Made by a program: the position numbers and the translations under genes. A DNA stretch of 64,000 nucleotides from a virus. Where the stretch lies: positions 26,209-90,208 of IMG/VR virus record IMGVR_UViG_3300035696_000024; one strand, given 5' to 3'. Below the pieces are notes generated by a model. That model did not search any database. It was given only the letters and a program-made list of their open reading frames with translations, and had not been told where the DNA came from. Positions 38,412 to 47,144 of this stretch are shown piece after piece (the first letter of the stretch is position 1; each line of letters opens with the position of its first letter).

Positions 38412-39872
38412 ATGTACATGAAATTGTATGAATTAAAGTCATTGGTAGAAGATATTGTTTTTGAAGAAATAAACAAAGACCAGTTGGCTTCTACAGCTAA
38501 AGCATTAGGACTTCCTATTGAAGAATTGAAAAAATGGGTCGAAGAAACCGACCCAACATCAAATAAGTCGTTTTCTACATGGCTACTTCGTGAACTTAAA
38601 AAACGCAGAGTAAGACTTGAGGATAATCGAAGAATAACCAATGATATAAATCGGTTCATAGAACTGAGAAATGCTAGACGAATAGAAGATATAATGCACT
38701 TTCCAACAATTCATGATTTGGAAACACGATTGGACCAATTAGCAGGTCAAGGTTCAAAAAGACAAGGATTTGCTGGAATAGATCCATCAACTCTTCCGGG
38801 TGTAAGTGTGGCAGAAAGTAGACCTGATATAACATTTTATAAAGTAACAAATCCAGATTCTTTAGCTAAAATGGGAGAAGGAACAAAGTGGTGCACCAGA
38901 TTTTCTTATAATAATAGTTCACAAGTTGCAAAAAATTATCTTGAACGTTATCCATATTTGGTTATTGGATATAAAGATGGAAAACCTTATGTTCAGTATA
39001 ATCCAGATTACAGTCAAGTAATGGATGTCAATGACCAAACGTTTCATATTCAAAATCCTGAGCAAGCAAAGTTATTGAACTTACCAAGACCTAATGTTGT
39101 AGTTCCCCCTGTTAGAAAAAGGCCGGTTAGAGGCGGCTTAACTCCAGCAGAACAGAAATTATTACAATGGTCTAAATATACAACAGAACCAGTTATCCTT
39201 CCATCTGATGCAAAAGGCAGAGATGAAGATTATGAAAGACGAGTTGCGCAAGCAATCATGAAAAGCAATGACGTTTCTTACTTAATACGTATTCTCTGTG
39301 TATTTGACCAATACGCTCAAATGTTTCTGAAAGGAAAGCGTTCTCCTGCATTTGAAAATGCTATAGTATCAAAAGATTGGACTAAATCTATTCAAGGTAA
39401 AGCTCCTAAAGCCGGTGGTAATAAATATTATGGAAAACGTTCCAAATATCCGGGATTTGACAGCATTGTTAGTTATGTGAAAAATAGTATTGGTGGCCAT
39501 TGGAGAGAATTTGAAGAAAAAATTAAAAATAATGTTCCTCTTTCTATAATGTATTACATGGGCACGGGTTTAAATCCTGATTACACTGATAATCCGTATG
39601 TAAAGGACATAATTCTATTTTCAAAATTTATTAAAGACAAACACCCTTCCGTTTCAACTTCGGAATTTGAAAAGTCTATTAGAGACTTTATTCTGAGGTC
39701 AAGAAGCAATTTAAAATACGGCGCGTTTTCTCCAGTTTTATACAAGGTACTCCTTCCTTATATGAAACTTTCAAAGAAACCATTGGAAAGTATTGTTGGT
39801 ACTAAATTAGCTAAAGAACTTATGAGGAATGCGTCATTTTCAAGAGAAGTAGGCGATTTAAATTATTCTTAA
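38412..39872 (+). CDS. Hypothetical protein with GTKWC (PcfJ-like) domain
   Basis: LYELKSLVEDIVFEE leader; DPTSNKSFSTWL; LAKMGEGTKWCT. Confidence 0.65.
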   Translation: MYMKLYELKSLVEDIVFEEINKDQLASTAKALGLPIEELKKWVEETDPTSNKSFSTWLLRELKKRRVRLEDNRRITNDINRFIELRNARRIEDIMHFPTIHDLETRLDQLAGQGSKRQGFAGIDPSTLPGVSVAESRPDITFYKVTNPDSLAKMGEGTKWCTRFSYNNSSQVAKNYLERYPYLVIGYKDGKPYVQYNPDYSQVMDVNDQTFHIQNPEQAKLLNLPRPNVVVPPVRKRPVRGGLTPAEQKLLQWSKYTTEPVILPSDAKGRDEDYERRVAQAIMKSNDVSYLIRILCVFDQYAQMFLKGKRSPAFENAIVSKDWTKSIQGKAPKAGGNKYYGKRSKYPGFDSIVSYVKNSIGGHWREFEEKIKNNVPLSIMYYMGTGLNPDYTDNPYVKDIILFSKFIKDKHPSVSTSEFEKSIRDFILRSRSNLKYGAFSPVLYKVLLPYMKLSKKPLESIVGTKLAKELMRNASFSREVGDLNYS

Positions 39873-40780
39873 TCAAGTTCTTCTTTTGGAATATCAGACA
39901 CGGCATCACAATTTTTGCCTTTATGTGGACAGTAACGGCAATTCTTTTTACCTTTTCCGGGATTCTTGAGATAAACCTTAACATCCTCTACAAATTTTCC
40001 ATCGGGTGTAAAACACTCTGTAACAAATTCGGCAAATCTATTTAATGCCCTAGCTACGGATGGTTGATTGTTCTTTGGAATAAAGGTCTGAATACGACTT
40101 TGAGGAAATGCGTAATTCTCCCAAAGCTTTCTTCTAAGAATAAAGAACTCAACGTCAATCATATCAATATTAACATTGTACTTTCTACTGAAAAATGCTT
40201 TATAGAGAAGAATTTGGGAAATTTTAGCTTCATCATCCCTTTGATAATGATTCCATCCACTTGAGGATGTTTTAATGTCAATAATTTTGTATCTACCTGT
40301 TGCTTTTTCTTTTAGAACCACGTCAATATAACAGACAAATTCCACATTATTTTTAATTGGCATTATGATTTCATCTTCAATAGCAATGAATTCATACTTG
40401 CCTGATGGAAAGTGTTTGATGCGATTGGTCATATTGGTGAAAGCTACGATGATGTTATCTCCATCCTCACAATATTCCTTGTGCAAGGCGGGGTCAACCG
40501 TGACTTTTGTATTTTTTAATTCTCTATCAAATGCTGTCTTGAAGACTTCGTGAAGGTCGTGTAAATCAGCATCTTTTGCAGATTTTTTATACAAAGTCTC
40601 AATGTAAAGTTGAATTGCTTCGTGCATCGCTGTTCCAAAGCAGGTATTTACATTATCTTCAAACTCGCGTAATCCTTTTACGTGGTCAAGATACCATCTG
40701 TGCCGGCAATTAAACCAGTTGGAGAACTGAGAGAAACTAACCCGCCTCTTTTCGTTGGTTGGTGTAGAATTTTTTTCCAT
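39869..40780 (-). CDS. PD-(D/E)XK exonuclease (RecB/AddB/Cas4-like)
   Basis: SFSQ..C, FGTAMHE, YIDVV, IIDIKTS, QILLY, CRYCPH...C. Confidence 0.85.
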   Translation of the reverse strand: MEKNSTPTNEKRRVSFSQFSNWFNCRHRWYLDHVKGLREFEDNVNTCFGTAMHEAIQLYIETLYKKSAKDADLHDLHEVFKTAFDRELKNTKVTVDPALHKEYCEDGDNIIVAFTNMTNRIKHFPSGKYEFIAIEDEIIMPIKNNVEFVCYIDVVLKEKATGRYKIIDIKTSSSGWNHYQRDDEAKISQILLYKAFFSRKYNVNIDMIDVEFFILRRKLWENYAFPQSRIQTFIPKNNQPSVARALNRFAEFVTECFTPDGKFVEDVKVYLKNPGKGKKNCRYCPHKGKNCDAVSDIPKEELD

Positions 40781-40786
40781 TAAATG

Positions 40787-40815
40787 ACTTTATCATCATA
40801 AGGAATATCTGTCAA
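40787..40815 (-). promoter_or_regulatory. Sigma70-type promoter
   Basis: TTGACA-17 nt-TAAAGT, 6 nt before ATG 40780; back-to-back with plus-strand TATTTATA at 40817-40824. Confidence 0.65.
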
Positions 40816-40831
40816 ATATTTATAGAGACTA

Positions 40832-41581
40832 ATGAAATACAGGTCTATTTTTATTTCTGATGTTCACTTAGGATTACAATATTCCAGAGTGAAAGAATTG
40901 ATTGACTTTTTAAAACAAAATGAGTGTGATACGCTTTATCTTGTTGGTGACATTGTAGATGGGTGGGCATTAAGAAGAAAATGGTATTGGAACAATGACT
41001 ATAACTTGTTGATTCAGAAGATATTAAGAAAATCAAGAAAAGGAACAAGAATTGTTTATATCCCCGGTAACCACGATGAATTTTTTAGAGAATTTGGAAA
41101 TGCATTCAATTTGGGAAATATAGAAATGGTTGACCGTGTAATTCATATCTCTCCCAATGGGAAAAAATATTTGGTTGTTCATGGGGATATTTTTGATGGA
41201 ATCCTCAACTCAATGAGTTTTATAAGTAAACTAGGTAGTTTTATATATGACATCATTCTCTACATGAATGCTGTATTCAATAAAATAAGACGAAGTATGG
41301 GAATGGAATATTGGTCGCTTTCACATTACATTAAGGTCAACACAAAAGAAGCCGTGAAATATTGTGTCAAATATGAAAAGGCAATGGTGAGCGCAGCGAT
41401 TCATGAAAAAGTTGATGGCGTCATCTGTGGCCACGTTCATTATCCTTGTCAGAAAATAATCAATGGTATAGAATACCACAATACAGGTTGCTGGATTGAA
41501 TTAGCTACTGCTATTGTGGAACATGAGGATGGAAAATTAGAACTAATAGACTTAGATTGTTATAAATTGACTTCCCCTTGA
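40832..41581 (+). CDS. Metallophosphoesterase, UDP-2,3-diacylglucosamine hydrolase (LpxH)-like
   Basis: SDVHLG, LVGDIVDGW, PGNHD, VHGD, CGHVH, NTGCW. Confidence 0.85.
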   Translation: MKYRSIFISDVHLGLQYSRVKELIDFLKQNECDTLYLVGDIVDGWALRRKWYWNNDYNLLIQKILRKSRKGTRIVYIPGNHDEFFREFGNAFNLGNIEMVDRVIHISPNGKKYLVVHGDIFDGILNSMSFISKLGSFIYDIILYMNAVFNKIRRSMGMEYWSLSHYIKVNTKEAVKYCVKYEKAMVSAAIHEKVDGVICGHVHYPCQKIINGIEYHNTGCWIELATAIVEHEDGKLELIDLDCYKLTSP

Positions 41582-41594
41582 GACGTGATATAAT
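41567..41594 (+). promoter_or_regulatory. Sigma70-type promoter of polymerase operon
   Basis: TTGACT-16 nt-TATAAT, 8 nt before ATG 41603. Confidence 0.7.
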
Positions 41595-41602
41595 TCGCCA
41601 GC

Positions 41603-41902
41603 ATGAGAATTAGTCAACTTCAATCGCTAACGGAAGAAGAACTTCAACTTCTTCTTTATGTGGTGAACATAATAGAGCCACTAACCTCTCCAAAAATAGA
41701 AATAGGTCCAAAACAATTGTTATGGTTTAAACATGATGCAATACTTTGGAAACTTTCTCAACAAGAATCAAAATTGACTCCCGAAGGACAGGTTGTATTC
41801 AAAGGATTGATGACTAAGTTAAATAAAACCGCAGTACAAGAAGCAAAAGAATATGAATATACCACAAAGCCAATATTTACACAGTCAGAGTTTCAATTCT
41901 GA
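41603..41902 (+). CDS. Hypothetical protein
   Basis: 99 aa ORF directly after promoter. Confidence 0.65.
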   Translation: MRISQLQSLTEEELQLLLYVVNIIEPLTSPKIEIGPKQLLWFKHDAILWKLSQQESKLTPEGQVVFKGLMTKLNKTAVQEAKEYEYTTKPIFTQSEFQF

Positions 41903-42179
41903 TTTTGTGGAATTTGTTTGGATATTTCCAAAAAAAGAATCGGTAGGGTCATGGCAATTTATTTGCCAATTTAGAAAAGACGGAAGTGTTTACTGTGAAT
42001 TGGGAGAAGTTGGTGACGATGACAGTTATTTCTATGCACACGCAGTGCATTTGGAATTTCCATCACACACTGAATTTAACAAACAGCACTTTATTCATCT
42101 ATTTGATGAATTTTTTCATGAAGGAAAAGATTTGGCAGAATTGGGTGAAGAAGTTGTAAAATATCTTGACAATCTATGA
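41853..42179 (+). CDS. Hypothetical protein
   Basis: 108 aa ORF in operon. Confidence 0.55.
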   Translation: MNIPQSQYLHSQSFNSDFVEFVWIFPKKESVGSWQFICQFRKDGSVYCELGEVGDDDSYFYAHAVHLEFPSHTEFNKQHFIHLFDEFFHEGKDLAELGEEVVKYLDNL

Positions 42180-42439
42180 AAAAGACAGAAAAATTATACG
42201 CTTGGTCAGCATGTGAAATAGAAGGGTCCATAGACTCGTTTATAGCAATGCTTAAGCAATTTAGAGACAATGCTGAAAAGAGAGAATATACAAATCTTAC
42301 AGTGGAATTGGAAACTAAATGGGAATGTGGTATTCAACATACAGTTTTTGTAGTCAAAGGACAAAAAAACGTGGTTGATAAAAAGAAAAGTAAGAAAAAG
42401 AAAGAAGAAGGTATTTTATTTACCAGAATATATACATAA
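42176..42439 (+). CDS. Hypothetical protein
   Basis: 87 aa ORF, ATGA overlap with previous gene. Confidence 0.55.
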   Translation: MKKTEKLYAWSACEIEGSIDSFIAMLKQFRDNAEKREYTNLTVELETKWECGIQHTVFVVKGQKNVVDKKKSKKKKEEGILFTRIYT

Positions 42440-43857
42440 ACAAAAAAGAATGGATTGTTCATCTTTGGGATGATGAAAGGGGTTACAGTTCATTTGCATA
42501 TCCAAAATATGCATACAAGAAAAAAATTGGTGGAACTGAACGCTCAATTTATGGTGATGAACTGGTAAAAGTATTGAACTATAATGAGAATGACCCGGAC
42601 TTATTTGAATCTGATGTTCCTGCGGAAACAAGAATTCTCATGGATACTTACAAAGATTCGGATGAACCATCAAAAGGTCATAAAATAGGAGTCATTGATA
42701 TTGAAGTATCCACCGAAGGTGGATTTCCAAGTATGGATACTGCGAACAAGGAAATTACAGGTATTTCATTATTTGATTATTTGACTAAAACTTGTTATGT
42801 ATTTGTTCTCGACAAAGACCATAAAATCAATGACAAGGAAGAGGAAGTTGAGCCTTGGTTGCCAAAAGATTGGAAAATTTCCACCGATGAAGAAAAGCAA
42901 AAAGTAAAGATTGTCACAAAATCATTTGACGATGAAGATAATCTTTTAATAAGTTTCATGGACAAATGGCAAGAATGTGGGTTTACAATTATTACAGGAT
43001 GGAACGTGGACTACTTCGATATGCCTTATTTGTATCTTCGTTTGAAGAATTGTCTTGGCGCAAAGGCGGCTAAATGTTTGTCACCAATCGGTGCTGCTTA
43101 TGTGAACGGTTTTAGCAAGAAATTGACTCTTGGTGGAATTTCGGTTTTGGATTACATTTTATTGTATAAAAAATTCTCAGGAAAGATGGAACCAACCTAT
43201 GCTCTTGGTCCTATTGGTCAAAAGACGGTTGGTATTGGTAAAGTTCAATATCATGGTAATTTGAATGATTTATACAAGGCAGATATTCAAAAGTTTTTGG
43301 AATATAACATCACAGACGTTAAGATTGTTGTAGCTTTGGATAGAAAACTTAAATTCATTGATTTGGCTAGAAACATTTGCCATGTCGGTCACGTTCCCTA
43401 TGATAATTTCCATATGTCATCACGTTACCTTGATGGTGCAACATTGATGTATCTGAAACGCAATGGTGGTTTCATAGCTCCAAATAAACCTTCACAGGGC
43501 CGACAAGAATATGAAGACCGATTGGAAGAAGGCGAAGAGGGGTTTTCGGGTGCTTTTGTGAAGGAACCCAAACCGGGTAGATACAATTGGGTTTTTGACC
43601 TTGATTTGACTTCCATGTATCCAAACATCATCATTTCTTTGAATATATCGCCAGAAACAAAAGTGGGTAAACTGGAAAATTATTCAACTGAGGCTCATGT
43701 AAAAGGTGAGTTGACAAATTATAGAGTAGGTCAGATTGATTATACACCAGAGGAATTCAATGAATTAATTGAAAAATATAACTATTCAGTAAGTTCCAAT
43801 GGTGTTTTATATAAACAGCCTGAAAAGAAAATTGTTGGAAAAATAATAAAACGCTGA
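42418..43857 (+). CDS. DNA polymerase family B, N-terminal half (3'-5' exonuclease plus motif A); probable ATT start
   Basis: IDIEV, TGWNVDYFD, EYNITDV, DLDLTSMYP, LNISPET; frame extends upstream of track start to (I)YQNIY...VHLWDD...SIYG. Confidence 0.88.
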   Translation: MYQNIYINKKEWIVHLWDDERGYSSFAYPKYAYKKKIGGTERSIYGDELVKVLNYNENDPDLFESDVPAETRILMDTYKDSDEPSKGHKIGVIDIEVSTEGGFPSMDTANKEITGISLFDYLTKTCYVFVLDKDHKINDKEEEVEPWLPKDWKISTDEEKQKVKIVTKSFDDEDNLLISFMDKWQECGFTIITGWNVDYFDMPYLYLRLKNCLGAKAAKCLSPIGAAYVNGFSKKLTLGGISVLDYILLYKKFSGKMEPTYALGPIGQKTVGIGKVQYHGNLNDLYKADIQKFLEYNITDVKIVVALDRKLKFIDLARNICHVGHVPYDNFHMSSRYLDGATLMYLKRNGGFIAPNKPSQGRQEYEDRLEEGEEGFSGAFVKEPKPGRYNWVFDLDLTSMYPNIIISLNISPETKVGKLENYSTEAHVKGELTNYRVGQIDYTPEEFNELIEKYNYSVSSNGVLYKQPEKKIVGKIIKR

Positions 43858-43858
43858 T

Positions 43859-44257
43859 ATGAATAGAGAAATAAAATTTAGAGTGTGGGATGTGAACGAT
43901 AAGAAATATATTAAATGGTGGTTATCATTGACAGATGGCGATACAGAATTAAATGACCTTTTTAAAAAACCACATCCAAATGGAGAATATTTTGATTATA
44001 TTTTTCAACAATATACAGGTGTAAAAGATAAAAACCAAAGAGAAATTTATGAAGGTGACATTGTTAAATATTGTGAACACATAATGAATGGAGTAGAAGA
44101 ATGGCAAACGGGTGTGGTTTGTTTTTACAATGGATGTTTTTGGTTGGGTGAAGATAACGATAGAGACAAAAATGGTAAGGGAAAACCAGCATTAATGTAT
44201 TTTAATAATTTTTATCTTGAAGTTGTTGGAAATTGTTTTGAAAATATTCCATCTTAA
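43859..44257 (+). CDS. YopX family protein
   Basis: REIKFRVWD, QYTGVKDKN.REIYEGDIV, EVVGNCFEN. Confidence 0.9.
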   Translation: MNREIKFRVWDVNDKKYIKWWLSLTDGDTELNDLFKKPHPNGEYFDYIFQQYTGVKDKNQREIYEGDIVKYCEHIMNGVEEWQTGVVCFYNGCFWLGEDNDRDKNGKGKPALMYFNNFYLEVVGNCFENIPS

Positions 44258-44308
44258 TACATTCCTACACACTATTTATTGTTGGTATAAACAACAAAGG
44301 AATAGTAT

Positions 44309-44872
44309 ATGAAAAAAGGAATAAGTAAATATGATGGAAAATTTCAATTGGGAGAAGTTTTTGGAAATTGGGTAGTTACAAATCAACATGCGGTTTTTTG
44401 TAAAGATAGAAAAGAATATTGTGTAAAAGTGAAATGTAAGTGTGACCGACAAACAGAAAGATACGTTTCTTGTAGGAAACTAAAATTGGGGATATCTTGG
44501 GGGTGTGACTGTGTTAGAAGGAAACATAATAGTTGTTTTTGGAAGGGTATAGGTGAAATACCGGGACGTTATTTAAACAGAATAAAACATACCGCTGAAC
44601 TGAAAAATATAAAAATGTCTGTCAACAAAAAATATCTTTGGAAACTATTTTTAAAACAGAATAGAAAATGTTCTTTAAGTGGACTAGATATAGGTTTTGG
44701 TAGTAGTAGAAACGAAGATACTACAGCATCGCTTGATAGGATAGACTCTAATAAAGGTTACATAAAAGGAAACGTGTGGTGGGTTCACAAGAATATAAAC
44801 ATAATGAAGAATGATTTTAGTGTTGAAAAGTTTAAAGAGTTGTGTAAAATGGTAATATCGTATGGCAATTGA
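44309..44872 (+). CDS. Free-standing HNH-like homing endonuclease
   Basis: VKCKCD..GCDC DNA-binding module; KQNRKCSLSG, SLDRIDSNKGYIKGNVWWVHKNINIMK; own TATTTATT at 44273. Confidence 0.8.
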   Translation: MKKGISKYDGKFQLGEVFGNWVVTNQHAVFCKDRKEYCVKVKCKCDRQTERYVSCRKLKLGISWGCDCVRRKHNSCFWKGIGEIPGRYLNRIKHTAELKNIKMSVNKKYLWKLFLKQNRKCSLSGLDIGFGSSRNEDTTASLDRIDSNKGYIKGNVWWVHKNINIMKNDFSVEKFKELCKMVISYGN

Positions 44873-46199
44873 AATAGAATATAATGGGCAATCAAAAACA
44901 TTTCAAACAGAAGAAACGTTTAATGCTTTCTTAATAGAAAATAATTTAGAGATTGATGGTAATGGCAATATTATACAAGAAGTAGGTCGTGGAGTTATAG
45001 CAGAACTACTAAAGCGTTGGTTCCAACAACGCAAAGACATGAGAAAGAAAGCTGCTGAATTCAAAAAAGCTGGTGATATGGAACAGTATAATTTCTATAA
45101 TCAAAGACAAGCGGTTTGGAAAATCTTACTCAACTCATTTTATGGAGTTTTGGGATTGCCTGTGTTTCGTTTTTATGATGTGGATAATGCTGAAGCGGTT
45201 ACTACAACAGGTGTTGATATTATCAAAACAACTGCAAAAGCTATTAATGTTTATTACAAACAAGCATTAGAAACGGATGAAAATGGTGACTGGGTAATTT
45301 ACAGTGATACCGATTCGTGCTTTGTGGATTCAATCCCCATCATCAAGAAAAGATTTCCTGATATGGATTTGAATAATGAGGATGAAATGACAAAAGCTAT
45401 CATGAGTGTAACCACAGAGGTTCAAAGTTATGTAAATCAATTTTACAATGTAATGGCTAAACGATTTTTTAACTTGAATAAACATACGTTTGATGCTAAA
45501 CAGGAAGTCATCAGCAAATCATCATTTTGGTTGGCTAAAAAACGATATGCTCAATGGATTATCCATGAAGAAGGATCATTGTTAAAACAGCCAAGATTGG
45601 AAGTAAAAGGTATTGACGTGGTTCGTTCTTCATTTCCAGCGTCATTTCGCAAGTTTATGGATTCTTTTTTGAGAAAATTATTAACCGATGTTCCAAAAAA
45701 AGAATTGGATGATATGATTCTTAAATTTAGAGAGGAAATGAAAACCTCTGATGTTCTTGATATAGCAAAGAACACTTCTGTAAAATTTGTAAGCCAAGAC
45801 GGAACCAAAAATTATAATCCCGACAGTCGGGCACCGTTTCATTTTGAATTGGCTACTCCAGCCCAAGCTAAAGCAGCTCTGGCGTATAATGATTTGTTGA
45901 TTAAATTGGGATTGGAAAAAGAATTTGAACCAATTCATCATGGTCAAAAAATTAAATGGGTGTATTTACAAACCAACCAATACGGTCTTGAAGCTCTAGC
46001 CTTGAAGGGTGATGGAAACGACCCTGATGAAATAATAGACCTTGTAAATCAATTGGTAGATAGAAAAAAGATGTTCGAACAGGAGTTGCAATCAAAATTT
46101 TCAAATGGTAAAAAAGAAGGAATTTATGATGTATTCAAATGGACATTTCCAAATCCTTCAATGGCAACAGCTAGTAAATTTTTTGATTTTGGAGAATGA
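44862..46199 (+). CDS. DNA polymerase family B, C-terminal half (fingers, palm motifs B/C, thumb)
   Basis: KILLNSFYG, YSDTDS, KKRYA, VKGIDVVRS. Confidence 0.92.
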   Translation: MAIEIEYNGQSKTFQTEETFNAFLIENNLEIDGNGNIIQEVGRGVIAELLKRWFQQRKDMRKKAAEFKKAGDMEQYNFYNQRQAVWKILLNSFYGVLGLPVFRFYDVDNAEAVTTTGVDIIKTTAKAINVYYKQALETDENGDWVIYSDTDSCFVDSIPIIKKRFPDMDLNNEDEMTKAIMSVTTEVQSYVNQFYNVMAKRFFNLNKHTFDAKQEVISKSSFWLAKKRYAQWIIHEEGSLLKQPRLEVKGIDVVRSSFPASFRKFMDSFLRKLLTDVPKKELDDMILKFREEMKTSDVLDIAKNTSVKFVSQDGTKNYNPDSRAPFHFELATPAQAKAALAYNDLLIKLGLEKEFEPIHHGQKIKWVYLQTNQYGLEALALKGDGNDPDEIIDLVNQLVDRKKMFEQELQSKFSNGKKEGIYDVFKWTFPNPSMATASKFFDFGE

Positions 46200-46205
46200 A
46201 GAGTG

Positions 46206-46234
46206 TTGACGAAATTTGGTCATTATGATATGCT
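46206..46234 (+). promoter_or_regulatory. Sigma70-type promoter
   Basis: TTGACG-17 nt-TATGCT, 8 nt before ATG 46243. Confidence 0.65.
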
Positions 46235-46242
46235 GACCAGTT

Positions 46243-46431
46243 ATGAATAATACACCTTTAATCAATAAACAGGCAGTTAAACGAATGGCACTTGAACTTA
46301 GTAAAGCAAATCGTGGCGGTAAATTCACAAGAGTTGGAAGTGAATTTCTGATTCGCATGAATTCGATGCTTGCAGCAATTATTCGTTCAGAAGTTCATCG
46401 TCATCCAAGTATAGGTAAAACATTGAAATAA
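46243..46431 (+). CDS. Putative histone-fold protein with truncated alpha3
   Basis: LINKQAVKRMA (a1), TRVGSEF (L1), long a2, GKTLK (L2). Confidence 0.55.
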   Translation: MNNTPLINKQAVKRMALELSKANRGGKFTRVGSEFLIRMNSMLAAIIRSEVHRHPSIGKTLK

Positions 46432-46433
46432 TT

Positions 46434-46625
46434 ATGAGTGAGCAATACAATAAAGCATGGGAGAAATTCCTTGAAGAACAAGATGAAGAGGAACCTGACC
46501 TCGAAGTAGAATTTGGTGCCGCTTGGAAAGCTTGCAAGCAAGAAGTTCTAAAAATAATCGGCGAGCCAACGAAATATACTTGTTCTTACGTTGAAGAAAT
46601 AAAGAGTGAAATTGAAAAATTATAA
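46434..46625 (+). CDS. Hypothetical protein
   Basis: 63 aa acidic ORF in operon. Confidence 0.55.
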   Translation: MSEQYNKAWEKFLEEQDEEEPDLEVEFGAAWKACKQEVLKIIGEPTKYTCSYVEEIKSEIEKL

Positions 46626-46627
46626 AT

Positions 46628-46978
46628 ATGTCCATAGGAACACCATTCAGTCATTGCCCCAGATGTTGGGAACACTATGACGTGTGTAAATGCACGGAAT
46701 CAGAAATAAAAGAACATGAGGAAGATATAAAAAAGATGAAAGAAACAGATAAAACTTTTACAATCAAATGCACCATGAAAGATAGATGGGTTCCTCACTT
46801 CCTTGCCATGTTGAAGTACATGGCTTATCTTGGTAGAATTGGGTCATCGCGTCAGGTAACTTTGTATTCTGATGGAGACGGTGATTTTCATCCAAAATTT
46901 GAATGGGATGAATCATTACCAGCAGATGCTAAACCGATAATAGACAGGGGTGGCGATAGGACTTATGACGCTGGATGA
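46628..46978 (+). CDS. Hypothetical phage protein
   Basis: CPRC..CKC N-terminus; LGRIGSSR...SDGDGDFHPKF. Confidence 0.6.
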   Translation: MSIGTPFSHCPRCWEHYDVCKCTESEIKEHEEDIKKMKETDKTFTIKCTMKDRWVPHFLAMLKYMAYLGRIGSSRQVTLYSDGDGDFHPKFEWDESLPADAKPIIDRGGDRTYDAG

Positions 46979-47144
46979 AGATAATAAATCTGAAAAGTTT
47001 AATTGTCCTTGGTGTGGAGTAGAAAATATTATAAGGCCACCAGTGAGAATAGACTGGTGCAAAATATGTTGGTATTGTAAAAGAATGTTCATACATTGTG
47101 AAGGAAGAATCATGAAACTGGAGCATGACATACATCTAATATGA
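46950..47144 (+). CDS. Small Zn-ribbon protein
   Basis: CPWC...CWYC. Confidence 0.5.
   Translation: MAIGLMTLDEDNKSEKFNCPWCGVENIIRPPVRIDWCKICWYCKRMFIHCEGRIMKLEHDIHLI

Noticed and set aside
39869-40780. CRISPR-associated Cas4 or CRISPR array
   Set aside because: No repeats or other cas genes; stand-alone phage exonuclease
43855-43861. Read-through fusing the polymerase N-half to YopX
   Set aside because: YopX is in a different frame and has its own ATG and canonical N-terminus
43800-44990. Group I intron or split intein in the polymerase
   Set aside because: No intein terminal residues, and almost no non-coding sequence for a ribozyme core
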